Both the position numbers and the translations under genes were made by a program. From contig OZ223302.1 of NCBI GenBank assembly GCA_965140705.1, positions 288,001 through 352,000 on the forward strand: a DNA stretch of 64,000 nucleotides, read 5' to 3'. This document shows positions 19,110-30,153 of this stretch, in pieces; positions within the stretch are counted from its first letter, which is position 1, and the number at the start of each line of letters is the position of its first letter. The notes under the pieces are model-generated. The model was not told the DNA's origin, made no database searches, and saw only the letters and a program-made list of their open reading frames with translations. Origin of the DNA: an uncultured Arcobacter sp. (GTDB lineage: Bacteria > Campylobacterota > Campylobacteria > Campylobacterales > Arcobacteraceae).

Positions 19110-19484
19110 TTATTTAGCCATTTTTTCCTTATAAAGTTTATGGGGAGTTGGTTTTTTATTAAAATCAATTGTCACTAAAACCACTTCTTCAACTTGAACT
19201 ATTACTTTATTTGTCGTTTTATTTCTAAGTTCACATTTCAATGTAATTGAAGTTTTCCCTACTCTTACTAGTTCAACTCCTGTAATTAAAATATCACCAA
19301 TATTTGCAGCACTATTAAATACCACTTCTGAAACTTTTGCTGTAGCGATTCTACTTGTTTCTAACAAATTTGCAGCATAAACCATAGCATCTTGGTCAAT
19401 CCAAGATAAAGCTGTCCCACCAACTAAAATACCAGCAGCATTTAGATGAGGATAAGTTACCATTCTTTGTGTTGTATATTCCAA
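19110..19484 (-). CDS. Hotdog-fold acyl-CoA thioesterase
   Basis: HLNAAGILVGGTALSWIDQ, VGKTSITL. Confidence 0.85.
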   Translation of the reverse strand: MEYTTQRMVTYPHLNAAGILVGGTALSWIDQDAMVYAANLLETSRIATAKVSEVVFNSAANIGDILITGVELVRVGKTSITLKCELRNKTTNKVIVQVEEVVLVTIDFNKKPTPHKLYKEKMAK

Positions 19485-19620
19485 TCCAAAACCTTTTTTC
19501 TTATTTTCAACTATTTTTTATAAAAACTAGATTAAACAGGAGCCCAAAATCATCTGTATTTCGAAATGCTTTTTTAATGCTATGTAAAATTAGTATACTC
19601 GGAAGTAAAAAGGAGTATTT

Positions 19621-20733
19621 ATGCAAAAGTTTTTATATATTACTGACCAAACAGAATATAGTGATAATAGTTTCATTGGCCCTTTATTTGAAAAATACTT
19701 AACAAAACACTTCGAAATACATATTATTTATTTCTCTAAATATAAATCATCTTTTGAGAGAAAAGAGAATAATAAAATTATTATACCTCTTGCAGATAAA
19801 TTAAATGTTATAGATGTTTTAGGACATAATGGCATAGATTTAAAAGAGTATAAAATAGTAGCTGTAAGAAATGATACAAAAATATTAAAAGAAGTTCTTA
19901 AAAAAAGAATTGTTTATGAATATAAAGTTGCTTTTAGATTATCTTTTCCAAAAAGAATTGCTAAACTTCAAATTGATGAAGCAAATAATAGAAAAAGCTA
20001 TTTTGATATAATCTCAAATAAAATCAAACTACATCAAGAAACATCACTAATAAATGATTGTGACCTATTTCTTCCAACAACTATAAAAATGAGAGATAAC
20101 TATTTAAAAGATGTAAAAACAAAAACTTTTGTTATTCCCTCAGCTATTGATCCACAAGTTTTACATGAAAATATACAACATGAAGGTGAAGAAAAAAGAT
20201 TTTTTTATGCGGGTACTTTAGATAAGTTAAGAGAGTTTGAAACAGTACTAGATGCCTTTTCTGAAATTGAGAGTAAAAATTTTAAAATCATGATTTCTAC
20301 AAAAGACCCAGAATATGCCCAAGAATTATTAAGTAAATATCCTAACTTAAGAGCAAATTTTGAATTAGATAATGCTACAACAAAAGATGAGTTGTTAGAT
20401 TTAATTGCTAAAGCTGATATTGGTTTATCAATTTTACCTGATATTGACCTATTTAACACCTCAACACCTGTTAAAATTATGGATTATTACTCTTCTGCTG
20501 TTCCTTGTATTATGTCAAAAAATGATAATAATCTTTCTATTTTTGAAGATAACAAAACAGCTTGGCTTTGTGATTTTAATAAAGAAGCAATTAAATCAAA
20601 ACTTGAAGAGATAATTGCCTTATCAAAAGAAGAGATTGCTCAAATTGGAGAAGATGGACAAAAAAGACTCTTGGATATAAGAAATTATGAAAGAATAGCT
20701 GATGCTTTAGCACATCAGTTAAATATCTTATAA
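19621..20733 (+). CDS. Glycosyltransferase family 4-like protein
   Basis: YAGTLDKLR and ADIGLS...STPVKIMDY motifs of the GT-B C-domain. Confidence 0.8.
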   Translation: MQKFLYITDQTEYSDNSFIGPLFEKYLTKHFEIHIIYFSKYKSSFERKENNKIIIPLADKLNVIDVLGHNGIDLKEYKIVAVRNDTKILKEVLKKRIVYEYKVAFRLSFPKRIAKLQIDEANNRKSYFDIISNKIKLHQETSLINDCDLFLPTTIKMRDNYLKDVKTKTFVIPSAIDPQVLHENIQHEGEEKRFFYAGTLDKLREFETVLDAFSEIESKNFKIMISTKDPEYAQELLSKYPNLRANFELDNATTKDELLDLIAKADIGLSILPDIDLFNTSTPVKIMDYYSSAVPCIMSKNDNNLSIFEDNKTAWLCDFNKEAIKSKLEEIIALSKEEIAQIGEDGQKRLLDIRNYERIADALAHQLNIL

Positions 20734-20759
20734 AAATATGCAGCTAGCATATTTTTATA
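20729..20759. terminator. Bidirectional hairpin between convergent genes
   Basis: TATAAAAATATGC-AGCTA-GCATATTTTTATA. Confidence 0.6.
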
Positions 20760-21582
20760 ATTCAAGTTCTTTTAGATAATCTGCAATTTTAGGAATATTA
20801 TCTTTTCTACATACTAAACAAGTAGGCATATCCCAAGCATTTTTACTCAACTTCAAAACTTTTACCTCATCTTCAAATCTTAATTTTTTTACAATACTTA
20901 ATGGCAATATTGATTTTCCCATTCCAGCTTTTACACACCCTAAAATTGTATCATAGCTACCAAATTCTAACTTTTTGTGTTCTACTTGCGTTAGTTCAAA
21001 AAGATAATCTTGAGCAAAATCACTATATGCACACCCTTTTTTAAAACTCAAAAATACATTTGGAACCACTTCCTCAAGTGGTTGAACTAAAACTAGCTCT
21101 TCATCTATTTTATTTAACACAATAAGTTCATTCTCTTTTGGTATTCCACTAATAAAAGCGATATCTACTTTATACTCCATTATCATTTCTTTAATCACAT
21201 TTGTTGTATTTGTAATAAGTTCTAATTGGGTATTTGGAAATTCCTTATGCATATTTATTAAAAAATTTACTATTCTCGTAACAGCATTTGATTCAGTTGA
21301 AGCAATAATTAATTGCTCTTGTTTTAACATATCTTTCACATCTAAAACTGCCAATTCAATCTTTTTTATAATCTCTACAGCATGTGGGTAAAGTCTTTCT
21401 CCTTCTTGTGTTAAAAGAACTCCTGAAGGAATCCTATGAAAGAGTTTACAACCAAGATTTTTTTCTAATTGTTTTATTCTAGAAGTTACATTTGATTGGG
21501 CGTATTTTAAACTATCTGCTGCCTTTGAAATTGACTTTTTATTAGCAACGCTTACAAATACTTTTAATAATTTAGAATCCAT
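20755..21582 (-). CDS. LysR-family regulator
   Basis: SISKAADSLKYAQSNVTSRIKQLE HTH; ATG 21582 with AAGGA RBS. Confidence 0.92.
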   Translation of the reverse strand: MDSKLLKVFVSVANKKSISKAADSLKYAQSNVTSRIKQLEKNLGCKLFHRIPSGVLLTQEGERLYPHAVEIIKKIELAVLDVKDMLKQEQLIIASTESNAVTRIVNFLINMHKEFPNTQLELITNTTNVIKEMIMEYKVDIAFISGIPKENELIVLNKIDEELVLVQPLEEVVPNVFLSFKKGCAYSDFAQDYLFELTQVEHKKLEFGSYDTILGCVKAGMGKSILPLSIVKKLRFEDEVKVLKLSKNAWDMPTCLVCRKDNIPKIADYLKELEL

Positions 21583-21597
21583 ATCACTTTTCCTTAT

Positions 21598-21644
21598 ATC
21601 ACTAATCATGATTAATTATTTGACATAATATCATTCTTAGTGAT
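21598..21644. promoter_or_regulatory. Two LysR-type boxes (ATCA-N7-TGAT)
   Basis: ATCACTAATCATGAT (21598-21612) and ATCATTCTTAGTGAT (21630-21644) between the divergent LysR and MFS genes. Confidence 0.65.
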
Positions 21645-21671
21645 ATTATATCAAAAACAAAGGAATATAGT

Positions 21672-22856
21672 TTGAAAAAAATAAACCTTTTAGATAAAGA
21701 TTCAAACGCTTCTATTATACTTGCAGGAATCCTTGCACTAATTATTGGAGTTGGAGTAGCAAGATTTGTATTTACATCTTTACTTCCTCCTATGCTTGAA
21801 GATTATTTAACTGTTAGTTTTGCTGGAATTTTAGCTTCTGTTAATTATGCAGGATATTTAGCTGGTTCTATTTTTGCTGTATTCATAAAAGATATATATG
21901 CAAAGGTAAAGTTTTTTAGACTTGGGATGATTATCTCTATTCTGACAACCTTAGTTTTAGCTACAACACATAATGAAACTTTATGGCTAATCTCAAGAAT
22001 AATCGCAGGATTTGGAGCAGCTATGGCTTTAGTTGTGGGTTCTGCAATTGTAATGTATAAATTAAAAATAGATAATAAAACAAAAGCTATGGGGATACAT
22101 TTTTCAGGTATTGGGTTTTCTATTTTAGTTACTGATTTAATTGTTCGTGCAGTATTTTATTTCCATGGGACTTGGCAAGAGGCTTGGTTAGTTTTAACTA
22201 TCTTTGCATTTTTTGCATCTTTTTATTCTATGTATGTTTTATCTTTTGGTAAAAGAGTAGATGCAAATGTAGTAAAACACCATTTTGATATAAAACTATT
22301 TTCACCCTTTGTAATACTTCTTATTATCGCATATTTTTGTGAAGGTGTTGGATTTGTTGTTCAAGCAACTTTTATCCCTGATATTATTAATTCACTTGAA
22401 GGTCTAAAAGGATATGGTAATCTTACTTGGACCCTTGTTGGACTAGCAGGTATTCCCTCTTGTATCATTTGGATGAATTTAGCACACAAATATGGAAGTG
22501 TAAATATAATCATTATTGCTATGTTATTACAAGTAGTTGGAATACTAATTTCAGCACTTACAAATAATCTATACCTTAACTTATTATCTGGTGTTTTATA
22601 TGGAGGTACTTTTATAGGTCTTGTAGCACTATTTATGAACCTAGGGGGTAAACTCTCAGGTGCAAACCCTGTTGTTCTAATGGGAGCCCTAACAACTGCT
22701 TATGGAGTAGGACAAGTTTTAGCACCACTGTATAGTATAGCCTTAATAGACAAATTTGGAAACTACACTTATGCACTTTATTTAACTGCTTTTATAGTAT
22801 TTTCAGGGGTAGCATTATTGTTTATTTCAAAAATTTTAAATATAGTAAAGGAATAA
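21672..22856 (+). CDS. YbfB/YjiJ-family MFS transporter
   Basis: GVARFVFTSLLPPM, ASVNYAGYLAG; about 12 TM segments. Confidence 0.88.
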   Translation: MKKINLLDKDSNASIILAGILALIIGVGVARFVFTSLLPPMLEDYLTVSFAGILASVNYAGYLAGSIFAVFIKDIYAKVKFFRLGMIISILTTLVLATTHNETLWLISRIIAGFGAAMALVVGSAIVMYKLKIDNKTKAMGIHFSGIGFSILVTDLIVRAVFYFHGTWQEAWLVLTIFAFFASFYSMYVLSFGKRVDANVVKHHFDIKLFSPFVILLIIAYFCEGVGFVVQATFIPDIINSLEGLKGYGNLTWTLVGLAGIPSCIIWMNLAHKYGSVNIIIIAMLLQVVGILISALTNNLYLNLLSGVLYGGTFIGLVALFMNLGGKLSGANPVVLMGALTTAYGVGQVLAPLYSIALIDKFGNYTYALYLTAFIVFSGVALLFISKILNIVKE

Positions 22857-22858
22857 AT

Positions 22859-23074
22859 ATGCCATATATAAACGTAAAAATGACTCACGAAGATGGAGGA
22901 GCAACAAAAGAACAAAAAGAGAGACTTTCTAAAGGTATCACTGAACTTTTTTCAGAGATTTTTGGAAGAGGAGCCTCTAGTGCTGTTGTTCTTATAGAAG
23001 AGGTTTCTACTGATAATTATGCAATTGGAGGAAAGACAGTTACAAATATAAGAGAAGAGCAAAAGAAGAGTTGA
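22859..23074 (+). CDS. 4-oxalocrotonate tautomerase family protein
   Basis: Pro-1 (MPYINVK), EQKERL, IEEVSTDNYAIGG. Confidence 0.88.
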   Translation: MPYINVKMTHEDGGATKEQKERLSKGITELFSEIFGRGASSAVVLIEEVSTDNYAIGGKTVTNIREEQKKS

Positions 23075-23142
23075 TTTAAATCATACTTTTACTTTTAGCT
23101 TTTTGATAAGATTCATTTATTTCTTAATAAATGGATTAATAT

Positions 23143-23706
23143 ATGAAAAAGTTTTTTAAACAATTCAAAAAAGTAAATACAGAACCTATTGAAAGAGCTA
23201 ATATTATTTGGTCTTGGATAGGTTCATTTCTAGGTATTTTAGCTATCTCTTTATTTCACAGTGATATTCTAAATGATAATGATTTGACCTTAGTAATTGG
23301 TTCTTTTGGTGCAAGTGCTGTATTAGTTTATGGAGCGGTTAATTCTCCCCTAGCCCAACCTAGAAATCTCATTGGTGGACATATTTTATCCGCACTTATA
23401 GGAGTTATATCTTTTAAACTATTTCATAATCATATATTATTTTGTTCTGCTTTTGCAGTTGCCACTTCTATTTTGATTATGCAAGTAACTTTAACACTTC
23501 ATCCTCCAGGAGGTGCAACAGCTCTTATTGCTGTAATTGGTAGTAATCAAATACATGACTTAGGATTTTTATATGTTTTATATCCAGTAGCATCTGGAGC
23601 TTTTATTCTTTTGATAATTGCAGTAGTTGTGAATAATATCCCTGCACATAGACATTATCCACATTCTCATAAAATCTTCAATTTTAAATGGTTTGCAGAT
23701 GATTAA
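23143..23706 (+). CDS. HPP-family membrane protein
   Basis: SFGASAVLVYG, SPLAQPRNLIGGH, HPPGGATAL. Confidence 0.92.
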   Translation: MKKFFKQFKKVNTEPIERANIIWSWIGSFLGILAISLFHSDILNDNDLTLVIGSFGASAVLVYGAVNSPLAQPRNLIGGHILSALIGVISFKLFHNHILFCSAFAVATSILIMQVTLTLHPPGGATALIAVIGSNQIHDLGFLYVLYPVASGAFILLIIAVVVNNIPAHRHYPHSHKIFNFKWFADD

Positions 23707-24210
23707 TTAATCTCTTTTAACCCAAACCTTAAATTTCCAAGCTGGACTTTTTATTTTGCCATCTTCAATTATGGCTTCATAATCTTTTTGTTGGGCTAAA
23801 TCCCAAGTAGAGAAATCAATCTCTTCAAGGTAAGCATCTGCTTCTCCTGAGTAATCAACTTCACTCAAATACATTTTATCAACATAATCAAATAAAGTTT
23901 TATAAATAGTAGCCCCTCCTATTATAAATAATTCCTCTTCACCTCTTTCTCTAGCGAAGTTCAAAGCTTCATGTATATCATTAAAGGAATGAACACCCTC
24001 ATGTTCAAAACCATCCTTTGACAATACAAGTGAAATTCTATTTGGTAAAGGCTTACCTATTGATTCAAAAGTTTTTCTTCCCATTAAAAGATGGTGTCCT
24101 GAAGTAATAGTTTTAAAATTTTTAAAATCCTCAGAGATATGCCATAGCATTTGATTATTTAAACCTATTTCCCAATTATTCCCATAAGCCACTATCATTG
24201 ATACAATCAT
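23707..24210 (-). CDS. folA: Dihydrofolate reductase
   Basis: IGLNNQMLWHISEDF, MGRKTFESIGKPLPNR, IIGGATIY. Confidence 0.95.
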   Translation of the reverse strand: MIVSMIVAYGNNWEIGLNNQMLWHISEDFKNFKTITSGHHLLMGRKTFESIGKPLPNRISLVLSKDGFEHEGVHSFNDIHEALNFARERGEEELFIIGGATIYKTLFDYVDKMYLSEVDYSGEADAYLEEIDFSTWDLAQQKDYEAIIEDGKIKSPAWKFKVWVKRD

Positions 24211-24336
24211 ACACTATTCCTTTTAATTGGTTCCCAATAAAAAGGAACCATTTTTTATATATCTACTTTTTAATAAAGGAAATAAATTCCTTTTAAAAGT
24301 AGCAAATTCTAAAGAAGACAACAAGTTGCCTTTTGG

Positions 24337-25200
24337 CTATACAGCCATTACTCCCTTAATATGCTCGTGAGCTTGGTAATTACTAAGTTCAAAGTCTTCC
24401 ATTTTAAAATCAAAGATATTTTTAATATCTGGGTTTATTTTCATAGTTGGTTTAGGAAATGGTTCCCTTGTAATTTGTAGGTTTGCTTGTTCTAAATGGT
24501 TTGAATAAAGGTGTGCATCTCCAAAAGTATGTACAAAATCCCCTACTTTTAAATCACAAACTTGTGCAACCATCATAGTTAGAAGTGCATAAGAAGCAAT
24601 ATTAAAAGGTACTCCCAAAAATATATCCGCACTTCTTTGATAAAGTTGGCATGATAACTTTCCATTTGCAACATAAAATTGAAAAAAAGTATGGCAAGGA
24701 GGAAGTGCCATTTTTTCTATTTCTGCCACATTCCAAGCACTTAAAATAAGTCTTCTCGAATCAGGATTATTTTTAATTTGTTCTATTAATTCAGATACTT
24801 GATCAATAGCTTTCCCATCATTTGTTTTCCAACTTCTCCATTGGCTTCCATAAACAGGACCTAGCTCTTTTACTGTATCACTATTCTCATACCCTAAAGC
24901 AAGGCCTTGATTATCTGCATTTGCAGTCCATACAGTTTTTTTACCTATAATATTCTCTGCTTTATCTCCATAATGAATCTCAGCTAATCTTCTCTCGTCA
25001 GTTGAGCCTTCTAAGAACCAAAGAAGCTCTGAAATAATAGCTTTCAAATGGCATTTTTTAGTAGTTACTAAAGGGAAACCTTCACTTAAGTCAAATCTCA
25101 TTTGATAACCAAATACAGATTTTGTTCCAGTCCCTGTTCTATCTTCTTTTAGTGTTCCATTTTCTAATACATGTTTCATCAAGTCTAAATATTGCTTCAT
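24337..25200 (-). CDS. thyA: Thymidylate synthase ThyA
   Basis: [36 protein letters not shown]. Confidence 0.97.
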   Translation of the reverse strand: MKQYLDLMKHVLENGTLKEDRTGTGTKSVFGYQMRFDLSEGFPLVTTKKCHLKAIISELLWFLEGSTDERRLAEIHYGDKAENIIGKKTVWTANADNQGLALGYENSDTVKELGPVYGSQWRSWKTNDGKAIDQVSELIEQIKNNPDSRRLILSAWNVAEIEKMALPPCHTFFQFYVANGKLSCQLYQRSADIFLGVPFNIASYALLTMMVAQVCDLKVGDFVHTFGDAHLYSNHLEQANLQITREPFPKPTMKINPDIKNIFDFKMEDFELSNYQAHEHIKGVMAV

Positions 25201-25285
25201 TTCGTTCCTTACATAAGTAGTAAATGTACTACTAAATATTGAAGAATATTTTATCTAAGATTATATTTTTTATTAATAAATTTGC

Positions 25286-25903
25286 TTAAAAGATGAGTAA
25301 ATGTGTTAAAGAATAAGCAATATATAACATCAAACAACCAATTGCAATATCCAAGATTTTCCAGGTATTTGGATTTTTGAATAAAGGTATTAAAACCCTT
25401 GCCCCATAACCTAAAGCAAAAAACCAAGTTGTAGAAGCCATTGAGGTACCTAGTATAAAATAGATTTTTAAACTATCTTCTATATTTGCTCCAATACCAC
25501 CAATAAGAAAAACCGTATCTAAATAAACATGTGGATTTAAAAATGTAAACATGAAAAGTAAAGAAAATACTTTTTTAATAGGATCTGTTTTTATCTCATT
25601 ATCTATTTTAAGACTCTCATTTTTAAATGCAGATTTAAAAGAACTAAAAGCATAAAAGACTAAAAATGATATACCAAATATTGCCATTGCATTTATAAAG
25701 GTTTGGTTTCCTTTAATAAAAAAGCCTAAACCTAAAACCCCTAAAGTAATTAAAAGAATATCAGTAAAAATGCAAAAAATTGTTGCTTTGAATACATGTT
25801 GTTTAAGCAGTCCAAGCTTTAAGATATAAGCATTTTGTGCACCAATTGCAACGATTAAAGGAAGGCCAACAAAGTAGCCTTTTAAAAAAATATCAAGTTC
25901 CAT
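25286..25903 (-). CDS. LysE/ArgO amino-acid exporter
   Basis: AIGAQNAY, FLNPHVYLDT. Confidence 0.9.
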   Translation of the reverse strand: MELDIFLKGYFVGLPLIVAIGAQNAYILKLGLLKQHVFKATIFCIFTDILLITLGVLGLGFFIKGNQTFINAMAIFGISFLVFYAFSSFKSAFKNESLKIDNEIKTDPIKKVFSLLFMFTFLNPHVYLDTVFLIGGIGANIEDSLKIYFILGTSMASTTWFFALGYGARVLIPLFKNPNTWKILDIAIGCLMLYIAYSLTHLLIF

Positions 25904-26532
25904 TAAATATACGTTTTAGATAAATAAATGATTCCTGAGACTATAAATTGTATAGCAAGTGCTCCAACAATAAGTCCCATAAGTTTTGTTACGACATTTT
26001 GACCCGTAACTCCTAAATATTTTTTGATATAAATTGAATTTCTCAATACTAAATAAAATAAAAAAGCATTAATACAAAAAGCAAGAACAAGGGTAAAAAG
26101 CTCTATTGAATTCTCAACTTGATTTTTAAAAATAATAATCGTAGTAAAAAGCCCAGCTCCAAAGGTAATAGGAATACCTAATGGGATAATTGCCATCTCT
26201 TCATCTTTTTTACTACTTTTTTTATCATCTTGAGTTTCACTAGAAGAACTACCTCTTACCATAGTAAGTGCCATCAATAAGAGTACTAATCCACCCATAA
26301 CTTTAAGTGATTCTTCACCTATACCAAATAGTTTTAAAACTAAATCTCCGCTAATTAATACAACAAAAAATGCCACTATAATAGTAATACTTGTTTTTCT
26401 AGCAATTATAGAAATTTGTGTTTTTGAAATATTTGGACTAAGGATTGATAAGGCAATTGCACTTATTCCAATAGGATCAATTATGGCAAAAAATGTAATA
26501 CTTTGTTGTAAAAAATTTTGAAAAACTTCCAA
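25903..26532 (-). CDS. MarC-family membrane protein
   Basis: FAIIDPIG, IIPLGIPITFGAG, TKLMGLIVGALAIQFI. Confidence 0.9.
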   Translation of the reverse strand: MEVFQNFLQQSITFFAIIDPIGISAIALSILSPNISKTQISIIARKTSITIIVAFFVVLISGDLVLKLFGIGEESLKVMGGLVLLLMALTMVRGSSSSETQDDKKSSKKDEEMAIIPLGIPITFGAGLFTTIIIFKNQVENSIELFTLVLAFCINAFLFYLVLRNSIYIKKYLGVTGQNVVTKLMGLIVGALAIQFIVSGIIYLSKTYI

Positions 26533-27501
26533 TTAACTCATTCCACCTTTTAACGCCATTCTTTTCTCTATTCTATGTCCTATAAGACTTAATACAGAAG
26601 TTATACAAAGATAAAGAAGAGCTACAATTATCCATGTTTCAAAAGGAGAAAAAGTATTTGCAACAATCTCTTTTCCAACCTTTGTCAAATCTGTAATAGA
26701 AATAACAGAAACCAATGATGAATCTTTTACTAAAGCAATCATTTCACCAATAAGTGTTGGTAAAGCTCTTTTGAAAGCTTGAGGTAAAATTATATATCTC
26801 ATAGCCTGAAAATTAGATATGCCTAAAGATTTTGAAGCTTCAAGTTGACCTTTATCAATAGATTGAATAGCTCCTCTTAAAATCTCTGCCATATATGCAC
26901 CAAAGAATATCCCCAAAGATAAAACCCCTGCTACAAAACGATCAAATTCAAAAATATTTGCAACTATAAAATAAAATAAAAAGATTTGTACTAGTAAAGG
27001 AGTACCCCTTACTATTGTTACATATACTGTTGCCAAATCTTTTATAAACACTATGGGGGATAACTTCATAAAGGCAACAATAATACCAATAAAAAAAGTA
27101 AGTATAGCTGCAAAAAATGATATCTTTAGAGTTATCCATAAACCATTTAAAATAGGTCCTGCTCTTGTTACTGTTTTTGTAGCAATATAATCGCCACTAT
27201 ATACATTTTCACCTACTTTATACTCAAATGAAAAACTACTATCTAACTTATTAAGAGCTACCTTCTCATCATCACCCTTAACATAATATTTACCATTTTC
27301 TAATACTAGTTTTCCATCTACTGGGGCTTCTATGGTTATAGTATCTTTATATGCAAAATACTTAGGAACAGAATTCCATTTCCAAACATAATTGATATGT
27401 GAAGCAGCTGCATATAAAAAATAACCTAAAACAATAAATAAAGCTAAGGCAATTACATGCCCTAGCTTTTTATTTTGAGCCCATGATTCTCTTCTTGCCA
27501 T
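26533..27501 (-). CDS. Polar amino-acid ABC permease
   Basis: RGTPLLVQ, AEILRGAIQSIDKGQLEA, KDSSL. Confidence 0.92.
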   Translation of the reverse strand: MARRESWAQNKKLGHVIALALFIVLGYFLYAAASHINYVWKWNSVPKYFAYKDTITIEAPVDGKLVLENGKYYVKGDDEKVALNKLDSSFSFEYKVGENVYSGDYIATKTVTRAGPILNGLWITLKISFFAAILTFFIGIIVAFMKLSPIVFIKDLATVYVTIVRGTPLLVQIFLFYFIVANIFEFDRFVAGVLSLGIFFGAYMAEILRGAIQSIDKGQLEASKSLGISNFQAMRYIILPQAFKRALPTLIGEMIALVKDSSLVSVISITDLTKVGKEIVANTFSPFETWIIVALLYLCITSVLSLIGHRIEKRMALKGGMS

Positions 27502-27504
27502 AGA

Positions 27505-28320
27505 CTATTGAACTCTTTTTAACCAAGCAGTATCTTTCAACCACTTATCATTTAACTTACCATAAAAATCAACTACCTTGTCACCTTTAATTTGTGCTAA
27601 AAAGTTATTTAACCAATTTAAGAAATCAGGATCACCTTTTCTAATTGCCCATGCTAAAGGTTCAAATGTTAAAGGAGTATCTAAATGAACTAATTTACCC
27701 TTACCCTTATCTGCCATAAATAAGATATTATATGGTTGGTCATATACAAAGGCATCTGCATTGTTATTTAATACTTCGCTTACTGCATCTGCTTCAGTTT
27801 CAAATGTCACAATTTTTGCTTTTTTATAGAATTTTCTTATTGCAATTTCAGCTGATGTTCCAAGTTTTGTTACAATTGTATATTTTGGGTTATCTAAATC
27901 TTGTGCAGATTTAACTTTACCTTCTAAAGATTTGTTCAATAATACAGTTTGTCCAACAACTAAATACGGGTCTGCAAAATTTACTTTTAAATTTCTTTGT
28001 TGAGTAACAGTCATACCAGAGATAATAATATCACATTTCCCAGTTACAAGTGCTGCGATAATACCATCCCAAGCAGTAGGAAGAAGTTTTAATTTAACTC
28101 CCATTTCTTTTGCCATTTTTTTTGCAACATCCACATCATAACCGATAATTCTACCCTTTTTATCTTTCATTTCAAAAGGCATATATCCAGGTTCTAAACA
28201 AACTTGCATTTCACCTCTTTCTAAAATTTTATTTAGAGTAGAACTCTTCCATAAGTTTATATCCGATGCCACTAAATTAACTGTAGCAAATACTAAAATA
28301 GCTAAAACTATTTTCTTCAT
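27505..28320 (-). CDS. Polar amino-acid ABC substrate-binding protein
   Basis: Signal peptide, YMPFEM, GYDVD, SGMTVTQQR. Confidence 0.92.
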   Translation of the reverse strand: MKKIVLAILVFATVNLVASDINLWKSSTLNKILERGEMQVCLEPGYMPFEMKDKKGRIIGYDVDVAKKMAKEMGVKLKLLPTAWDGIIAALVTGKCDIIISGMTVTQQRNLKVNFADPYLVVGQTVLLNKSLEGKVKSAQDLDNPKYTIVTKLGTSAEIAIRKFYKKAKIVTFETEADAVSEVLNNNADAFVYDQPYNILFMADKGKGKLVHLDTPLTFEPLAWAIRKGDPDFLNWLNNFLAQIKGDKVVDFYGKLNDKWLKDTAWLKRVQ

Positions 28321-28333
28321 TTTTTCTCCTTTT

Positions 28334-29074
28334 TTAATGTGTTAAAATTTCATTTAAGAATTTTTTTGCTCTATCACTTTTTGGATTTTCAAAAAACTCT
28401 TTTGGTGTAGCTTCTTCTACTACAACACCATGATCCATAAATACTATTCTATCTCCAACTTCTTTTGCAAACCCCATCTCATGAGTTACACATACTATTG
28501 TAAAGCTTTCATGGGCTAAATCTTTCATTACAGCTAAAACATCACCAATTGTTTCTGGATCTAAGGCAGAAGTAGGTTCATCAAAAAGTATTATCTTAGG
28601 TTTCATTGCTAAACTTCTAGCAATAGCAACACGCTGTTTTTGACCACCTGATAAATCTCCAGGATAAGAGTTAGCTTTATCTTCTAGTTTTACTTTTTTC
28701 AAAAGTTCCATTGCAATAGTGCGAGCATCTTCTTTTTTTATATTTTTGACTAAATTAGGTGCTAAAGTAATGTTTTCAAGTATAGTTAAATGTGGGAAAA
28801 GATTAAAATGTTGGAATACCATACCAACTTCGCTTCTTATAGTTTGTAGATTTTTTTTGCTTCCATGTATATCGATGTTATCAACAAAAATTTCACCGCT
28901 ATCTATCTCTTCTAGACCATTAATACATCGGATTAATGTTGATTTCCCTGAACCTGAAGGTCCACAGACAACAACAATTTCACCTTTTTTTACGTTGAAA
29001 TCAATTCCTTTTAAGACATGAAATTTGTCATAAAACTTATCGATTTTCTTCATACTTATAATATTATCCATCAT
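28334..29074 (-). CDS. Polar amino-acid ABC ATPase (GlnQ-like)
   Basis: [27 protein letters not shown]. Confidence 0.94.
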   Translation of the reverse strand: MMDNIISMKKIDKFYDKFHVLKGIDFNVKKGEIVVVCGPSGSGKSTLIRCINGLEEIDSGEIFVDNIDIHGSKKNLQTIRSEVGMVFQHFNLFPHLTILENITLAPNLVKNIKKEDARTIAMELLKKVKLEDKANSYPGDLSGGQKQRVAIARSLAMKPKIILFDEPTSALDPETIGDVLAVMKDLAHESFTIVCVTHEMGFAKEVGDRIVFMDHGVVVEEATPKEFFENPKSDRAKKFLNEILTH

Positions 29075-29215
29075 CTCTCTTTAATTAGACTAAGATGATA
29101 TGATAGCTAAATTTATTTTAACATTCCTATAGAACATGTATATATTTTATACATAAAATAATCTTTTACTTAAATAAACTATGGGTACAATGCAGATTTT
29201 ATTTTAGGAGTAAAA

Positions 29216-30088
29216 TTGAATAAAAAACTATTAGAACTAAGAGCAGACATTTTGCTTTTAACTGTCGCTATTGCTTGGGGTGTGACTTTTTTGATGGTGC
29301 AAGATGCTATTAAGTCTGTACCTGTTTATGCATTTTTATTTTGGAGATTTGGAATTGCTACTATTTTAATGGCAATAATTGCATATAAATATTTTGACAA
29401 ATTAAATAAGCAAACTATTCTTTATGGAGTTATTTTGGGCTGTTTTTTATTCTCTGCCTTTGCTACTCAAACCTTTGGTTTAGCCCATACAAAAAGTTCT
29501 ATAATAGCTTTTTTAACAGGTCTAAATGTAATAATTGTACCTTTCTTAGCCTATGTTGTTTTTAAAGAGCATGTTAGAAAAATGGTCTTTCTAAGCTCAC
29601 TTATAGCTGTTTGTGGTCTTTATTTATTAACTATGAGTGGGAGTTTATCACTTGGTGAGGGTGAAATATTAGGAATAATATGTGCTTTACTTTTTGCATT
29701 ACAAATACTTTTTACAGATAAATATTCAAAAAGAGTTAATGTATATCTTTTAGTACTATTTCAATTTATTACTGTGACAATATTATCTTTAATTTTTTCA
29801 TTAACCTTAGATAGCGTAACTTTTAATTTAGATTTTAATTATACATTTTTAAAAGCATTGATAATCACTTCTATCTTTGCAACTGTTTATGCATTTTTGA
29901 TACAAACTTATATGCAACAGTTTACAACTCCTACAAAAACAGCAGTTATCTTTTCAATGGAACCTGTAAGTGCTGGTTTTTATGGCTATTTTGTAGGAAA
30001 TGAGCTTCTTAGTTCAACTCAACTTTTTGGAGCTACTTTAATCATACTTGCCCTACTTTTAGCAGAAATCAAATTCAAAAAAAAATAA
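29216..30088 (+). CDS. EamA/DMT transporter
   Basis: WGVTF, FLFWRF, MEPV; about 10 TM segments. Confidence 0.88.
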   Translation: MNKKLLELRADILLLTVAIAWGVTFLMVQDAIKSVPVYAFLFWRFGIATILMAIIAYKYFDKLNKQTILYGVILGCFLFSAFATQTFGLAHTKSSIIAFLTGLNVIIVPFLAYVVFKEHVRKMVFLSSLIAVCGLYLLTMSGSLSLGEGEILGIICALLFALQILFTDKYSKRVNVYLLVLFQFITVTILSLIFSLTLDSVTFNLDFNYTFLKALIITSIFATVYAFLIQTYMQQFTTPTKTAVIFSMEPVSAGFYGYFVGNELLSSTQLFGATLIILALLLAEIKFKKK

Positions 30089-30153
30089 TTTACTTTTAAT
30101 TTACCTCATAGTTTTACAATTTCAATATAAATTTTATTTTGAAAAGGTAAAAC

